Positions 1 through 10,211 are shown, counted from the first letter of the whole stretch. The stretch: 62,856 bases of DNA, filler included, from 5 parts of 5 records of this genome joined end to end with filler, not necessarily neighbours in it; one strand, 5' to 3'. The notes: generated by a model not told the origin, from the letters alone. Numbers and translations: made by a program.

Positions 1-323
1 AAGCGTTCGCGATCCATCCGGCAGCGGGAGCACACAAAGTCTCCCACGGGAGTAGACGAGGGGGACAAAACGGGGGGATTTTGAGGCCAAGCCGCTGGAA
101 GTACTGGGGCTGTGGTAATGGTTTGTGCACGGTACAGATGGGATTTGGTGGCAACTTCCTCCCCGGGCCTCTCCAAAAGTGAAAGGGTGCGGGAGATTGC
201 CGGAATACCGTGGTGCCAGCTCACGCCAAGGGCAGCCGAAGATTTGCATTCTTCATAAATCGGAGACGTATTCTTAATGACAATCTCGAGATTGCTTCTG
301 GACGCAGGCTCGAGAGCGGATTT

Positions 324-338
324 TTAAGTGTCGATTAA
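324..338 (+). promoter_or_regulatory. CtrA-type full binding site (TTAA-N7-TTAA) upstream of TadG-like gene
   Basis: TTAAGTGTCGATTAA in otherwise GC-rich DNA, 74 nt before the ATG at 413. CtrA control of Tad/Cpa pilus genes is established in Alphaproteobacteria. Confidence 0.6.
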
Positions 339-412
339 GGGAGGCTATATACGCCTTGATGGCGCCGAAATATCGCTTGCGGCAGGCTATCCCGACACTG
401 TGGAGTGATCAA

Positions 413-2017
413 ATGCGTGTACCCGTTTTGCTGGTCAGCCGGCTGTTGCAATGCGAGCGCGGTAACTTTGGAATATTGGCGGCACTTTTGATCCCTGTCC
501 TGCTTGGAGCAGCAGGGATGGCTGTGGACTATGCCAACCTGTCCCGCGCTAAGTCTGAATTGCAAAACATGGTAGATGCCTCGGTTTTGGCTGTCTCGAA
601 GAAAACCAGCCAGACGGGTGATCCCAATGAGATTTTCAGTCAGATCTTGAAAGCCCAATTGGCAGTTCACGGCGACATGACCCTGATTACTGGGGAAATG
701 AAACAGACAACGGGGTCCAACTTCATCCGCACCGATGCCCAGGCAACGGTAAGCATTCCCCTGGTCTTTCTGGATCGCTTCATGCCGAACAAGGTTTCGG
801 TCCTGGCCTCTACGACTTTTTCAACGAAAAGCATCGAAATCGCGATCGCGCTTGATAATACGGGATCGATGGGAACCGGGGGCATTACAGCCCTGAAAGA
901 AGCCTCGCACGCCTTGCTGGATTCACTGGGTGACATCAACACGGCGCAACAGAGCCTGAAGGTCGGGCTCATTCCCTTCGTCACAGCGGTAAATGTGAAA
1001 GGCGATGGCTTCAAAAGCAGCTGGATCGACGAGACTGGAACGTCGCTTTTCAATGGATGGACATTTCTGACGGACTCTCAGCGGTCGATCCGAAAATCAA
1101 CTGGCAGCAATGGCTCCGATTTCAGCTCCAGTGGATATCCGCACCATTCCAATCTCTTCGCCTGGTCCGGGACAACCTGGAAGGGCTGTGTCGAGGCGCG
1201 TCCGGTCCCCTACAACACCAGTCTGACGGCACCTGATATCAAGAAGCCCAACACTCTTTTTGTGCCATATTTTGCGCCTGACGAGCCCGGCAACAGCCTT
1301 AGCCAAGGTGGAAACAGCTCCTCAGCCTTCAATAATTCATGGCTCAACGACGACGTTTCTGGTGACCAGGCCTCGGTTCAACGCTCAATCAAGAAGTACA
1401 AGTCGCAGACTCCGGTGATCAAAAATTTCAAAGACGGGACCGGACCGCTGACCCTGGGTCCAAACCGCGCCTGCCCGACGCCGATCGTGCCTCTGACAGC
1501 AACGCTGTCAAAGGTCAGAACCGGCATCGATGCGATGCAATACTGGAATGGCTCCGGCACCAACATCGCCGAAGGTCTGGCGTGGGGGTGGCGCGTGCTT
1601 TCACCTGATGAACCCTATACCCAGGGTGCGGCTTTCGATCCGGACGTCGCGTCAAAGATCCTGGTGATCATGACGGACGGCGCCAACGTATCTTACGGTT
1701 CCAGCAACACCATCAACAAATCCGATTATGGCTCTTATGGCTTTTTGTCCGACGGGCGCATCAACTCGGCGACCACACAGGCAAAAGCCGAGGATTACCT
1801 GGATGCTTCAACAGCAAGCATGTGTGTGGATATCAAGAAACTTGGCGTCGAAATCTACACCGTGATTTACAAAACCACGGCATCCTCGGTGGTCACTCTC
1901 TTCTCCAATTGCGCAACCCGTAAGGAGAATTTCTTCATGGCCGCCGATGTCACCTCACTCAAGGAAGCATTTTCCGCGATTGGGCAATCGGTGGCCGGCG
2001 TACGTATCAGCAACTGA
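413..2017 (+). CDS. TadG-like Flp pilus protein with vWA domain (paralog 1, long insertion)
   Basis: N-terminal pseudopilin helix (RGNFGILAALLIPVLLGAAGMAVD, LQNMVDASVLA), MIDAS-like LDNTGSM, GTNIAEGL and IMTDG. GGAG RBS precedes the ATG at 413. Confidence 0.85.
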   Translation: MRVPVLLVSRLLQCERGNFGILAALLIPVLLGAAGMAVDYANLSRAKSELQNMVDASVLAVSKKTSQTGDPNEIFSQILKAQLAVHGDMTLITGEMKQTTGSNFIRTDAQATVSIPLVFLDRFMPNKVSVLASTTFSTKSIEIAIALDNTGSMGTGGITALKEASHALLDSLGDINTAQQSLKVGLIPFVTAVNVKGDGFKSSWIDETGTSLFNGWTFLTDSQRSIRKSTGSNGSDFSSSGYPHHSNLFAWSGTTWKGCVEARPVPYNTSLTAPDIKKPNTLFVPYFAPDEPGNSLSQGGNSSSAFNNSWLNDDVSGDQASVQRSIKKYKSQTPVIKNFKDGTGPLTLGPNRACPTPIVPLTATLSKVRTGIDAMQYWNGSGTNIAEGLAWGWRVLSPDEPYTQGAAFDPDVASKILVIMTDGANVSYGSSNTINKSDYGSYGFLSDGRINSATTQAKAEDYLDASTASMCVDIKKLGVEIYTVIYKTTASSVVTLFSNCATRKENFFMAADVTSLKEAFSAIGQSVAGVRISN

Positions 2018-2196
2018 ATGATGCGTGCGGACCCAAGCTGAGGTCTGGACCGGGCTCAAAGCGGTGCGCTCTTGCGAGGCTTTCTCGGCGCGGGCTTTGA
2101 GAGGCTGGGGTGATGACGCTGCGGCCCGTGCGGGGAATTGACATCCCCTGCCCGCAGTGGCCACTCTGTTGCCTAAGCCCACCGGAGAGCGCGAGC

Positions 2197-2823
2197 ATGT
2201 CCACGGAATTCCTCATCACCACGCTGATCGTGGTTCTCCTGCCCGGCACCGGGGTGATCTACACGCTTGCCGCGGGGCTGACGCAGGGGGCGCGGGCGTC
2301 CGTGCTGGCAGCGTTCGGTTGCACGCTGGGGATCGTGCCGCATGTTGCGGCATCGGTTGCCGGGCTGGCGGCGCTGTTGCATGCCAGTGCGCTGGCCTTT
2401 CAGGTGATCAAATATCTGGGTGTGGCGTATCTGTTCTACATGGCCTGGCAGATGTGGCGCGACACGGGCACGCTGGCAATCAACACCGATCAGAGCAAGG
2501 CCGGCGCTGCGCGTCTCAATCCGTTGCGGATCATCACCGCCGGGGTTCTTGTCAACCTGCTCAATCCCAAACTGACGCTGTTCTTCCTGGCCTTCATGCC
2601 GCAATTCGTTGACGTCGCCGCTGCCAACGCCACCGCGCAGATGCTCGGGCTGGCGGGGGTATTCATGGGGCTGACCTTCATCGTCTTCGCGCTTTATGGC
2701 GTGTTGGCAGCGCAGGCGCGCGATCATGTGATCTCGCGGCCAATAGTGATGCAGCGGGTCAAACGCTCGTTTGCCGCGGCCTTTGGCTTGATGGGGCTGA
2801 AGCTGGCGCTGGCGGAACGCTGA
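2197..2823 (+). CDS. LysE/RhtB family amino-acid exporter
   Basis: PGTG and NLLNPK motifs, about 6 TM helices, GGAG RBS before ATG 2197. Confidence 0.9.
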   Translation: MSTEFLITTLIVVLLPGTGVIYTLAAGLTQGARASVLAAFGCTLGIVPHVAASVAGLAALLHASALAFQVIKYLGVAYLFYMAWQMWRDTGTLAINTDQSKAGAARLNPLRIITAGVLVNLLNPKLTLFFLAFMPQFVDVAAANATAQMLGLAGVFMGLTFIVFALYGVLAAQARDHVISRPIVMQRVKRSFAAAFGLMGLKLALAER

Positions 2824-3009
2824 ACGCTCAGCGCTAAGCCCGCAGCCTATGGTGCAGCATTATTTCGAAGCGGTGCAGATATGTGAAATTCGGCGTTTGC
2901 GGAACCTTTTTGGCGCGGCCCCGTTGCCTGCAGAGAACCGCGCGCCTATGTTCTGGCGACGCAGCGGAAATATTCCGCCGCCCTTCCAATTATCCAGAGG
3001 AGAGACCCC

Positions 3010-3612
3010 ATGGCCCTCGAACTGCCAAGCCTGCCTTACGACTATGACGCCCTTGCGCCCTACATGTCGCGCGAGACCCTGGAGTTTCACCACGACAAGC
3101 ACCACCAGGCCTATGTCACCAAGGGCAATGAACTGCTTGAAGGCAGCCCGCTTGCCGGCAAGTCGCTCGAAGAGATCTGCAAGGCAGCCTTTGACGAGAA
3201 GAATGCCGGCCTGATCAACAATGTCGGCCAGCACTACAACCACCTGCATTTCTGGCAGTGGATGAAGAAGGGCGGCGGCGGCTCCAAGATGCCGGGATCG
3301 CTCGAAAAGGCGATCAATTCCGATCTCGGCGGCTTCGACAAGTTCCGCTCTGATTTCGTTGCCGCTGGCGTTGGCCAGTTCGGCTCGGGCTGGGCCTGGC
3401 TCGCCGTCAAGAACGGCAAGCTGGAAATCATGAAGACACCGAACGGCGAAAACCCGCTGATGCACGGTGCTGCACCGGTTCTGGGTTGCGATGTCTGGGA
3501 GCACAGCTACTACATCGATTACCGCAATGCCCGCCCGAAATATCTCGAGGCGTTCATCGATAATCTGATCAACTGGGATCATGTTGCCGAAATGTACGAA
3601 GCGGCTATCTAA
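3010..3612 (+). CDS. sodB: Fe superoxide dismutase
   Basis: LPYDYDALAP, HHDKHH, QHYNH, FGSGWAWL, DVWEHSYY. Confidence 0.95.
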   Translation: MALELPSLPYDYDALAPYMSRETLEFHHDKHHQAYVTKGNELLEGSPLAGKSLEEICKAAFDEKNAGLINNVGQHYNHLHFWQWMKKGGGGSKMPGSLEKAINSDLGGFDKFRSDFVAAGVGQFGSGWAWLAVKNGKLEIMKTPNGENPLMHGAAPVLGCDVWEHSYYIDYRNARPKYLEAFIDNLINWDHVAEMYEAAI

Positions 3613-3643
3613 GACAGGCTCTCGTGCCTGCTGATGAATTGGG

Positions 3644-3673
3644 AAACCCGGTGCACCACGCGCCGGGTTTTTT
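3644..3673 (+). terminator. Intrinsic terminator after sodB
   Basis: AAACCCGGTGC-loop-GCGCCGGGTTT followed by a T run. Confidence 0.85.
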
Positions 3674-3813
3674 CATGGCCAAATGGCTGTATCGCAGGGC
3701 TTGCGGCGAGTAACAGACTGTTCACACATATTTGACTTCCCTAACATTTCAGGCATGTAATCATGCATCGGGGGCATGCCATCCAGCCCATCAATTGCTC
3801 AAGGAGACACTTC

Positions 3814-4260
3814 ATGAAATTCCGGACATTGTTCGCCGCAGCCCTTATCGGTGCTGCAGGTTTTGCACCGGCAATCGCTGCCGACGAGCCGCAGGTGGTT
3901 CGCCAGGAAATGATGAAGAAGGTTGGCGGCGCCACCGGCGCCATGGCCAAGATGGTCAAGGGCGAAGCTGATTTCGACGCTGGCGCTGTGCTGGCCGCAC
4001 TGACCACAATGAGCGAAGTTGCGGGCACGATCGGCGTGCATTTTCCGGAAGGGTCCGAGACCGGATTTGAAACCGAAGCCGCACCGGCAATCTGGACGGA
4101 CCGGGCCGGGTTTGATGCCAAGCTCGCCGCCTTCAAGGCTGACGCGGATGCCGGCATTGCCGCAGCACCTGCCGATCTCGACGGGTTGAAGGCGGTCTTC
4201 GGTCCGCTGACGAAAAATTGCGGCACCTGCCATGAGACCTATCGTCTGAAGAAGAGCTGA
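3814..4260 (+). CDS. Class II cytochrome c (c'/c556 type)
   Basis: Signal peptide, RQEMMK, PAIW, single C-terminal CGTCH. AAGGAG RBS. Confidence 0.9.
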   Translation: MKFRTLFAAALIGAAGFAPAIAADEPQVVRQEMMKKVGGATGAMAKMVKGEADFDAGAVLAALTTMSEVAGTIGVHFPEGSETGFETEAAPAIWTDRAGFDAKLAAFKADADAGIAAAPADLDGLKAVFGPLTKNCGTCHETYRLKKS

Positions 4261-4300
4261 TGTTCCAACGCCTGGATTTGGCTACAACCGGGCGCCCGTC

Positions 4301-5224
4301 GTGAAGCGGCTGGCGCTTGGTCTTGGTCTGGCGGCTATCGCGGGTGCGGGGGTGGCGTTCGTGCTGACCGCGCCTGCGCCGGTGGCCTCCGAACGGCTCG
4401 AGGCCATTGCCGCGATCGACGGTAATGCTACGGCGGGAGAAACGCTGTTCTGGGCAGGTGGGTGCGCCTCCTGCCATGCCAGCCCGGGCTCGGAAGGCAC
4501 GGCACGGCTGGTGCTTTCGGGCGGAGTGAAGCTGGCGAGCGATTTCGGCACCTTCATTGCGCCCAACATCTCGCCTGATGCCGAGGCCGGAATTGGCGCC
4601 TGGTCGGTATCCGAGTTCGCCAATGCGATGCTTGCCGGCGTATCGCCGCGGGGGCAGCATTATTATCCGGCATTTCCCTACACGTCCTACACACGGATGA
4701 GCGACCGCGACATCGCAGATCTGTTCGCCTTCATGAAGACCTTGCCAGAGAGCCAGGTTGCGTCCCTGCCCCACGAGGTCGGGTTTCCGTTCAACATCAG
4801 GCGGTCGCTGGGTGGCTGGAAGCTGTTGTTTTTCACCGACGGGCCACGGGTGGCGCTTGCCGGCAATGATCAGCAGATCGAGCGCGGACAATATCTGGTC
4901 GAGGGACCGGGGCACTGCGGCGAATGCCACACACCACGCAACTCGATTGGCGGCTTTGTATCAGATGCCTGGCTGTCGGGCGCCAAGAACCCCGAGGGCG
5001 AAGGGGTGATCCCCAACCTGACACCGGGCGGAAAATCGATCAGCGGCTGGAGTGCCGGCGACATCGCCTATTATCTCGAAAGCGGCTTTACGCCGGACTT
5101 CGACAGCGTCGGCGGATCTATGGTTGATGTGCAGAAGAACATGGCCCAACTGACGAGCGGCGACCGGGATGCGATCGCCGCCTATCTCAAGGCGCTGCCC
5201 GAACGGGGCAATGGCTGGGAGTGA
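4301..5224 (+). CDS. Membrane-anchored diheme cytochrome c
   Basis: N-terminal TM helix, CASCH and CGECH, APNISPD and YPAFPYTSY motifs. The usual partner of a c556 gene. Confidence 0.9.
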   Translation: MKRLALGLGLAAIAGAGVAFVLTAPAPVASERLEAIAAIDGNATAGETLFWAGGCASCHASPGSEGTARLVLSGGVKLASDFGTFIAPNISPDAEAGIGAWSVSEFANAMLAGVSPRGQHYYPAFPYTSYTRMSDRDIADLFAFMKTLPESQVASLPHEVGFPFNIRRSLGGWKLLFFTDGPRVALAGNDQQIERGQYLVEGPGHCGECHTPRNSIGGFVSDAWLSGAKNPEGEGVIPNLTPGGKSISGWSAGDIAYYLESGFTPDFDSVGGSMVDVQKNMAQLTSGDRDAIAAYLKALPERGNGWE

Positions 5225-5266
5225 TTTGACGGCTGGTTGATCAGCTGCTCACTCCCCCGGAGCCAA

Positions 5267-6361
5267 TTACTGGGTCAGACGCGAGGCCACTTTCGACGCC
5301 TGCTTGCCAATGCTTTCGAATGCCGCAATCAGGGCAGCGCTGCTGTTGGCATCGTAGAAATGATCGGCGCTGGTTGCGCAGTAGGCGAGCAGTTGCTTGC
5401 CGCGCGTCGGTGCGGCAAAGGCAACCGTGTAGACCTCGATGCCTTCGCCCTTGGCTTTGTCGCACAGGATCTTCGTCGATGAATCAGCAGAGCTGTAATT
5501 GTTGTCGCCATCGGTCATGAAGACAATGAATTTATCAGGCACCTGACCGGACTTGTTCTTGTGCGCCGTGACTTCACTGTCCGCGCCGACCTTGCCAAAG
5601 GCCCAGTTAAAGGCCTGGGTGGAATCGGTTCCGCCGCTGGCCGGCAGCGCATTGACAAAGGTACGTGTCTTCTCCGGCTTCCAATTGAGGTTTTGGGACC
5701 CGGTCATGTAGGTGCTGTAGCTCGCGGCTCCAATGCGGACGAATTGCTGATCGGGATCAGCCGTTTCCAACTGACTGAGCAGACCACCGACGGCGGTCTT
5801 GAGCACGTCGATCTTGCGCTGTCCCTCAAGATCCCAATCCATCGAGCCGGACCGGTCAAGCACCAGCGCCATTGAGAGAGCGCCCTGCTGGGCTGCGGTG
5901 GAAGCGCTCTGGGATTTGCTGGACACACCGACGGACAGGTTTTCCCGCCCCATCATGCGTGCCATCGGTGTCACTGTCTGCGTGCCGGTCATGGTAATCG
6001 CCACGCTCCAGACTGTCGTGCCGTTGTCTTGTTCCGGCGTGATGGTGATCGAGGGCTTGACGCTCATGTCGGCAAAAACCGGCATGTCTTCTTCCATCTG
6101 GCCTTGCAGAAATGTGGTAGCAAAAGCGCGCGCATCTTCGATGCTGAGGCCTTCCTCCTGCGACAGCCGCGTCGAGGTCGCGAGCGCAGCGCTGTCGACC
6201 GCATTCTGCATTCGCGTTTTCATCGACATCGCATTGGTGGTGTCGAGAGCCAGACTGCCAGCGATGAGCAGGACCGGAAGGGCCAAACTCAACATGATGG
6301 CGAAGTTGCCATCCTTGTTGCCAAACAATTCCGCAAACTTCCTGGTCGGTAAACTGGTCAT
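5267..6361 (-). CDS. TadG-like Flp pilus protein with vWA domain (paralog 2, compact)
   Basis: DGNFAIMLSL...MQNAVDSAALA N-terminus, LVLDRSGSM MIDAS, GGT, FMTDG. Confidence 0.88.
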   Translation of the reverse strand: MTSLPTRKFAELFGNKDGNFAIMLSLALPVLLIAGSLALDTTNAMSMKTRMQNAVDSAALATSTRLSQEEGLSIEDARAFATTFLQGQMEEDMPVFADMSVKPSITITPEQDNGTTVWSVAITMTGTQTVTPMARMMGRENLSVGVSSKSQSASTAAQQGALSMALVLDRSGSMDWDLEGQRKIDVLKTAVGGLLSQLETADPDQQFVRIGAASYSTYMTGSQNLNWKPEKTRTFVNALPASGGTDSTQAFNWAFGKVGADSEVTAHKNKSGQVPDKFIVFMTDGDNNYSSADSSTKILCDKAKGEGIEVYTVAFAAPTRGKQLLAYCATSADHFYDANSSAALIAAFESIGKQASKVASRLTQ

Positions 6362-6427
6362 CTCGGGATCCTGCTTTGTTTATCGCTCTTGATGAAAACA
6401 AATACATCGCAACCCGTGAGTGGAGAC

Positions 6428-6444
6428 TTAAACAAGATGTTTAA
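6428..6444. promoter_or_regulatory. Palindromic upstream motif of TadG paralog 2 (contains near CtrA half-site)
   Basis: TTAAACA-AGA-TGTTTAA inverted repeat. The reverse strand reads TTAAACAT, a 7/8 match to the CtrA half-site TTAACCAT. Confidence 0.45.
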
Positions 6445-6622
6445 TTTTTACCGAATACCAATTCGGGGCATATTCGAGGGGTAATTCACCCCTCGGCACG
6501 GCGATTTGGAGCTCTTTGACACGCGGGGCTTTGAGCATGCGGCGCGCAGGATCGACCAGTCCCGCTTTGAAGCATCCACCTGTGTGCAGACGACCGCTTC
6601 AAGCCGTTGGTGCCAACGGTTC

Positions 6623-6653
6623 AAAACCGCGCATCCAGTTGGATGCGCGGTTT
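6623..6653 (-). terminator. Hairpin/terminator between the two tandem TadG paralogs
   Basis: Perfect 13-bp stem AAACCGCGCATCC/GGATGCGCGGTTT with a 4-nt loop. Confidence 0.75.
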
Positions 6654-6696
6654 AGTTGGCTTCATGACATGCTGTGGTGCCGCAATGCGACGAGGC

Positions 6697-7917
6697 TCAG
6701 TTGGTAAGCCGGGTTACCAGCTTGACCGCTTCCTCGCCGATATCCTTGAAGGCTTGCTTGAGCTCATCGGCACTGTCGGCAGTGTAGTAAAACCCGCTTC
6801 CCGAGGCACAGGAACTCAGAAGTTGCTTGCCGCGATCGGGCGCCTGGAAGGCGACTGTAAAAATCATCACGCCTTTGTCTTTTGCCTCGGTGCAATATTT
6901 CAGCGTCTGGCTGTCTGCGTAATTGTTCCAGTATGAAGACCCGGTCGAGTTTTCACCATCTGTCATGAACACGATGAATGTGGACGGGACCTTCGAGCCG
7001 TTCTTTGAAAAATGCGCGTTGATTTCAGTGGGGCTGGTGACTTGCTCACCGGCCCATTTCATCGCGTATTCAGAATTCGTACCACCGGTCGCGTTGAGCG
7101 AATTTGCGAAATTCGTCACGTCTGACTTGGTCCAGGAGATCGACTGCTTGTCATCATATTTGGTTTCGGAATTGTAGGCGACAGCCCCCATACGCGCGTA
7201 CTCGTTGGTGGGGTCGGACTCCGCGATATGGGCAGTCAGATCGGCGACAGCTTCCTTGAGAACGTCGATCTTGGGCACATCGACCTCTACAGTCCTGGTT
7301 CCGCATTGGTAGGTTACCTCGACCCGGCCCTTCCACTTCCTGTATTCCCAGCGGGTGCAATATTTGGGAACGGTCTCGGTGGTGGTCCTGCCCGAATCCC
7401 AGTCCATCGATCCGGAGCGGTCGAGCACAAGCATCATGGACAACGGATTGGAGCCATCGCGTGCGGATTCAGAAGTGCCATTGATCTTCACATCAATGGT
7501 ATCCCTGCCGGCATAGCGGCCCATGACCGAGGTCTTCTGCGATCCGAGAACGGCCACATCAACCTTCCAGACAGTTTTCTTTCCGCTTCCTGACTTGCTC
7601 AGGGTGACGGTTGGAGTGGCGGAAAACCCTTCGAATGCGTCGGTATCGCCCGAGATCTGCGCGTTGAAAAAGTTCGTCGCGTAGCTGATGGCCTGGCTCT
7701 CGACAATCTGTTCTTCGGCAAGCTGGCTGGTTGTCGCAAGTGCGGCACTGTCTGCGGCGTTTTGCAGGCGCACCTTCATCGACAGCGCGTTGGACGTGTC
7801 GATCGCCAGGCTTCCCCCGACGATAAGAACCGGCAGCATCAGGGCTGCGAGAATGGTGAAATTGCCGTCGTTGCTACGAAGCAATCTAGCGATCGTCATG
7901 ATCGTCGAATTGAACAT
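6697..7917 (-). CDS. TadG-like Flp pilus protein with vWA domain (paralog 3)
   Basis: DGNFTILAAL...LQNAADSAALA, LVLDRSGSM, GGT, FMTDG. Start placed at ATG 7917 (GGAG upstream); 7935 is an alternative. Confidence 0.88.
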   Translation of the reverse strand: MFNSTIMTIARLLRSNDGNFTILAALMLPVLIVGGSLAIDTSNALSMKVRLQNAADSAALATTSQLAEEQIVESQAISYATNFFNAQISGDTDAFEGFSATPTVTLSKSGSGKKTVWKVDVAVLGSQKTSVMGRYAGRDTIDVKINGTSESARDGSNPLSMMLVLDRSGSMDWDSGRTTTETVPKYCTRWEYRKWKGRVEVTYQCGTRTVEVDVPKIDVLKEAVADLTAHIAESDPTNEYARMGAVAYNSETKYDDKQSISWTKSDVTNFANSLNATGGTNSEYAMKWAGEQVTSPTEINAHFSKNGSKVPSTFIVFMTDGENSTGSSYWNNYADSQTLKYCTEAKDKGVMIFTVAFQAPDRGKQLLSSCASGSGFYYTADSADELKQAFKDIGEEAVKLVTRLTN

Positions 7918-7981
7918 TCGTGGACTCCACATCATTGGAATACGATGTGGCCAAGACTAGACTTGAGGTGTGAGGATTCGC

Positions 7982-7998
7982 TTAAGCCAAATGGTAAA
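7982..7998. promoter_or_regulatory. Upstream motif of TadG paralog 3, related to 6428-6444
   Basis: TTAAGCCAAATGGTAAA is 12/17 identical to 6428-6444 and lies at nearly the same distance from the start codon. Confidence 0.4.
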
Positions 7999-8105
7999 CA
8001 AATTGGCGAATGCGAAACCGGATATTACGCGCGGATTTCTTAATTTCTAATGTACGGAAAGGCAGATAAACTGCCTTTCCGCGAAACATAGATGAAGTAC
8101 AGTCC

Positions 8106-10211
8106 TCAGGCATTGCCTACGACCTTCAGTGCAAAGGCATATTCGTAGGCGATCTCTTCGAGCCGTTGAAACCGCCCGGACGCGCCGGCGTGGCCGGCGG
8201 CCATGTTGATCTTGAACAAGACCGGCGCATTGCTGGTTGATGTCTGACGCAAACGTGCCACCCATTTGGCAGGCTCCCAGTAGGTCACCCGCGGGTCGGT
8301 CAGGCCTGCGATCGCCAGTATCGGCGGATAGGCCTGCGCTGTGACATTGTCATAGGGCGAGTAGCCGGCGATGGTCTGGTAATCCTCGGGGGACGCGACC
8401 GGGTTGCCCCATTCCGGCCATTCGGGCGGCGTCAGCGGCAATGTATCGTCAAGCATGGTGTTGAGCACATCGACAAAGGGAACGGCGGCAATGATGGCGC
8501 CAAAGGCCTCGGGCGCCATGTTGGCGATGGCTCCCATCAGCATGCCGCCGGCGGAGCCGCCTTGCGCGACAATGCGGTCGTGCGAGGTGAATTTCTCAGC
8601 AACAAGATAGCGGGCTGCTGCGATGAAGTCGGTAAAGGTATTGGTCTTGTTGCCGCGCTTGCCGGCCTCGTACCAGGCAAAGCCCTTTTCCTTGCCGCCG
8701 CGGATATGGGCGATGGCGTAGACAAAGCCGCGATCAACCAGCGACAGGCAATTGGTGTTGAAACCAGCCGGAATCGCGATGCCGTAGGATCCATAGCCAT
8801 AGAGCAGGCATGGTGCGGACCCGTCGAGCGGTGTGTCCTTTCGGTAGAGCAGCGTGACCGGGACCAGCTCCCCGTCAGATGCCGGGGCCATCACGCGCCT
8901 TGTGACATAGTCTTCCGGCGTGTGGCCTGACGGTACCTCATCGCGTTTGAGCAGCGTGCGCTCGCGGGTGGTCATGTTGTAATCATAGAGTTCGGACGGC
9001 GTGGTCATCGAGGAATAGCTGAAGCGGACGACTTCGGTGTCGTATTCCATCGAGCCCTGAAAGCCGAGCGAATAGGCCTCTTCGTCAAAGGCAATGGCGT
9101 GCTGTTCGCCGGTGGTGCGGTCCTGGATGACGATGCGCGGCAAGCCGTTTTCCCGCTCCATCCAGACCAGATGATTGCGATAGGCGCTGACAGACAGGAT
9201 CAGCCGGCCCGGCTTGTGGGCCACGACTTCGCTCCAGTTCGCAGGCTCCGGCTTCTCAACCGGCGTCTGCATGATCTTGAAATCCTTGGCGCCATCGGCG
9301 TTGGTGAGGATGAAGAAGACATCGCCGCCCTCGTCCAGCGAATATTCAACGCCGGTTTCCCGCGCTGCGACCAGTTTCGGTTTTGCTTGCGGATCGTTGG
9401 CCGGCATGACCCAGCATTCCGATGTCTCGTGATCATTGATGCCGATCATGATGAAATCATTCAGACGGGTTCCCGATACGCCCATGAAAAAACCGGTGTC
9501 GGTTTCTTCATGAATGAGCACGTCATCGCTCTGCGCGGTTCCGATGCGGTGATGATAGATCTTGCTGGGGCGGTGGTTGTCATCGACCGCGGTGTAGAAG
9601 AAACCGGTGCAATCGGCTGACCACGCCGCCCCGCCGCCGGTGTTTTCGACAAGGTCCGGGCCGTCCTGGCCGGTGGCGAGATCGCGCACCTTGAGGGTGA
9701 AGAATTCCGACCCCTTGTCATCATAGCCCCAGATCGCCGCAGCGTGGTCGGGCGAATGTCCGGTGCCGGCAAGCCGGAAATAGGGTTTGCCTTCCGCCTC
9801 ATGATCACCATCGAGCATCATCTGCTCATCGCCACCGCTGCGCGGAACACGGAAATATTTCGGCTGCTCGCCGCCGGTGACATAGCGCACGCCGTAAAGC
9901 CAGGGACCGTCCGGCGACGGCACCGAACTGTCGTCTTCCTTGATGCGGCCGCGCATTTCGGCAAACAGTGTTTTCTGCAGCTCTTCGGTGTCGGCCATGG
10001 CGGCCTGCTGATAGAAGTTTTCAGCTTCCAGATGCGTCCGGATCGCCGGGTCCAGAATTGACGGATCCTTGAACATGGCCTGCCAGTTGTCATCGCGCAT
10101 CCAGGCGTAGTCATCGTGTCGCGTCACGCCGTGGCGGGTGTCGGTGATGGTGCGTTTTTGGGCAACAGGGGCAACAGGCAGGTTTTTGAAAACGGACAAG
10201 GAGGGCTCCAT
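8106..10211 (-). CDS. ptrB: Oligopeptidase B (S9 prolyl oligopeptidase family)
   Basis: DDYAWMRD N-terminus, LYGYGSYG, catalytic GGSAGG, DPRV and AGHAG motifs. Start uncertain (10211 or 10247). Confidence 0.92.
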   Translation of the reverse strand: MEPSLSVFKNLPVAPVAQKRTITDTRHGVTRHDDYAWMRDDNWQAMFKDPSILDPAIRTHLEAENFYQQAAMADTEELQKTLFAEMRGRIKEDDSSVPSPDGPWLYGVRYVTGGEQPKYFRVPRSGGDEQMMLDGDHEAEGKPYFRLAGTGHSPDHAAAIWGYDDKGSEFFTLKVRDLATGQDGPDLVENTGGGAAWSADCTGFFYTAVDDNHRPSKIYHHRIGTAQSDDVLIHEETDTGFFMGVSGTRLNDFIMIGINDHETSECWVMPANDPQAKPKLVAARETGVEYSLDEGGDVFFILTNADGAKDFKIMQTPVEKPEPANWSEVVAHKPGRLILSVSAYRNHLVWMERENGLPRIVIQDRTTGEQHAIAFDEEAYSLGFQGSMEYDTEVVRFSYSSMTTPSELYDYNMTTRERTLLKRDEVPSGHTPEDYVTRRVMAPASDGELVPVTLLYRKDTPLDGSAPCLLYGYGSYGIAIPAGFNTNCLSLVDRGFVYAIAHIRGGKEKGFAWYEAGKRGNKTNTFTDFIAAARYLVAEKFTSHDRIVAQGGSAGGMLMGAIANMAPEAFGAIIAAVPFVDVLNTMLDDTLPLTPPEWPEWGNPVASPEDYQTIAGYSPYDNVTAQAYPPILAIAGLTDPRVTYWEPAKWVARLRQTSTSNAPVLFKINMAAGHAGASGRFQRLEEIAYEYAFALKVVGNA

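Noticed and set aside
1-300. Non-coding start with TGGTGG (146-151; reverse CCACCA) suggesting a tRNA 3' end or att site
   Set aside because: No T-arm (GTTCRA) or cloverleaf and no second copy in the window, so it cannot be supported.
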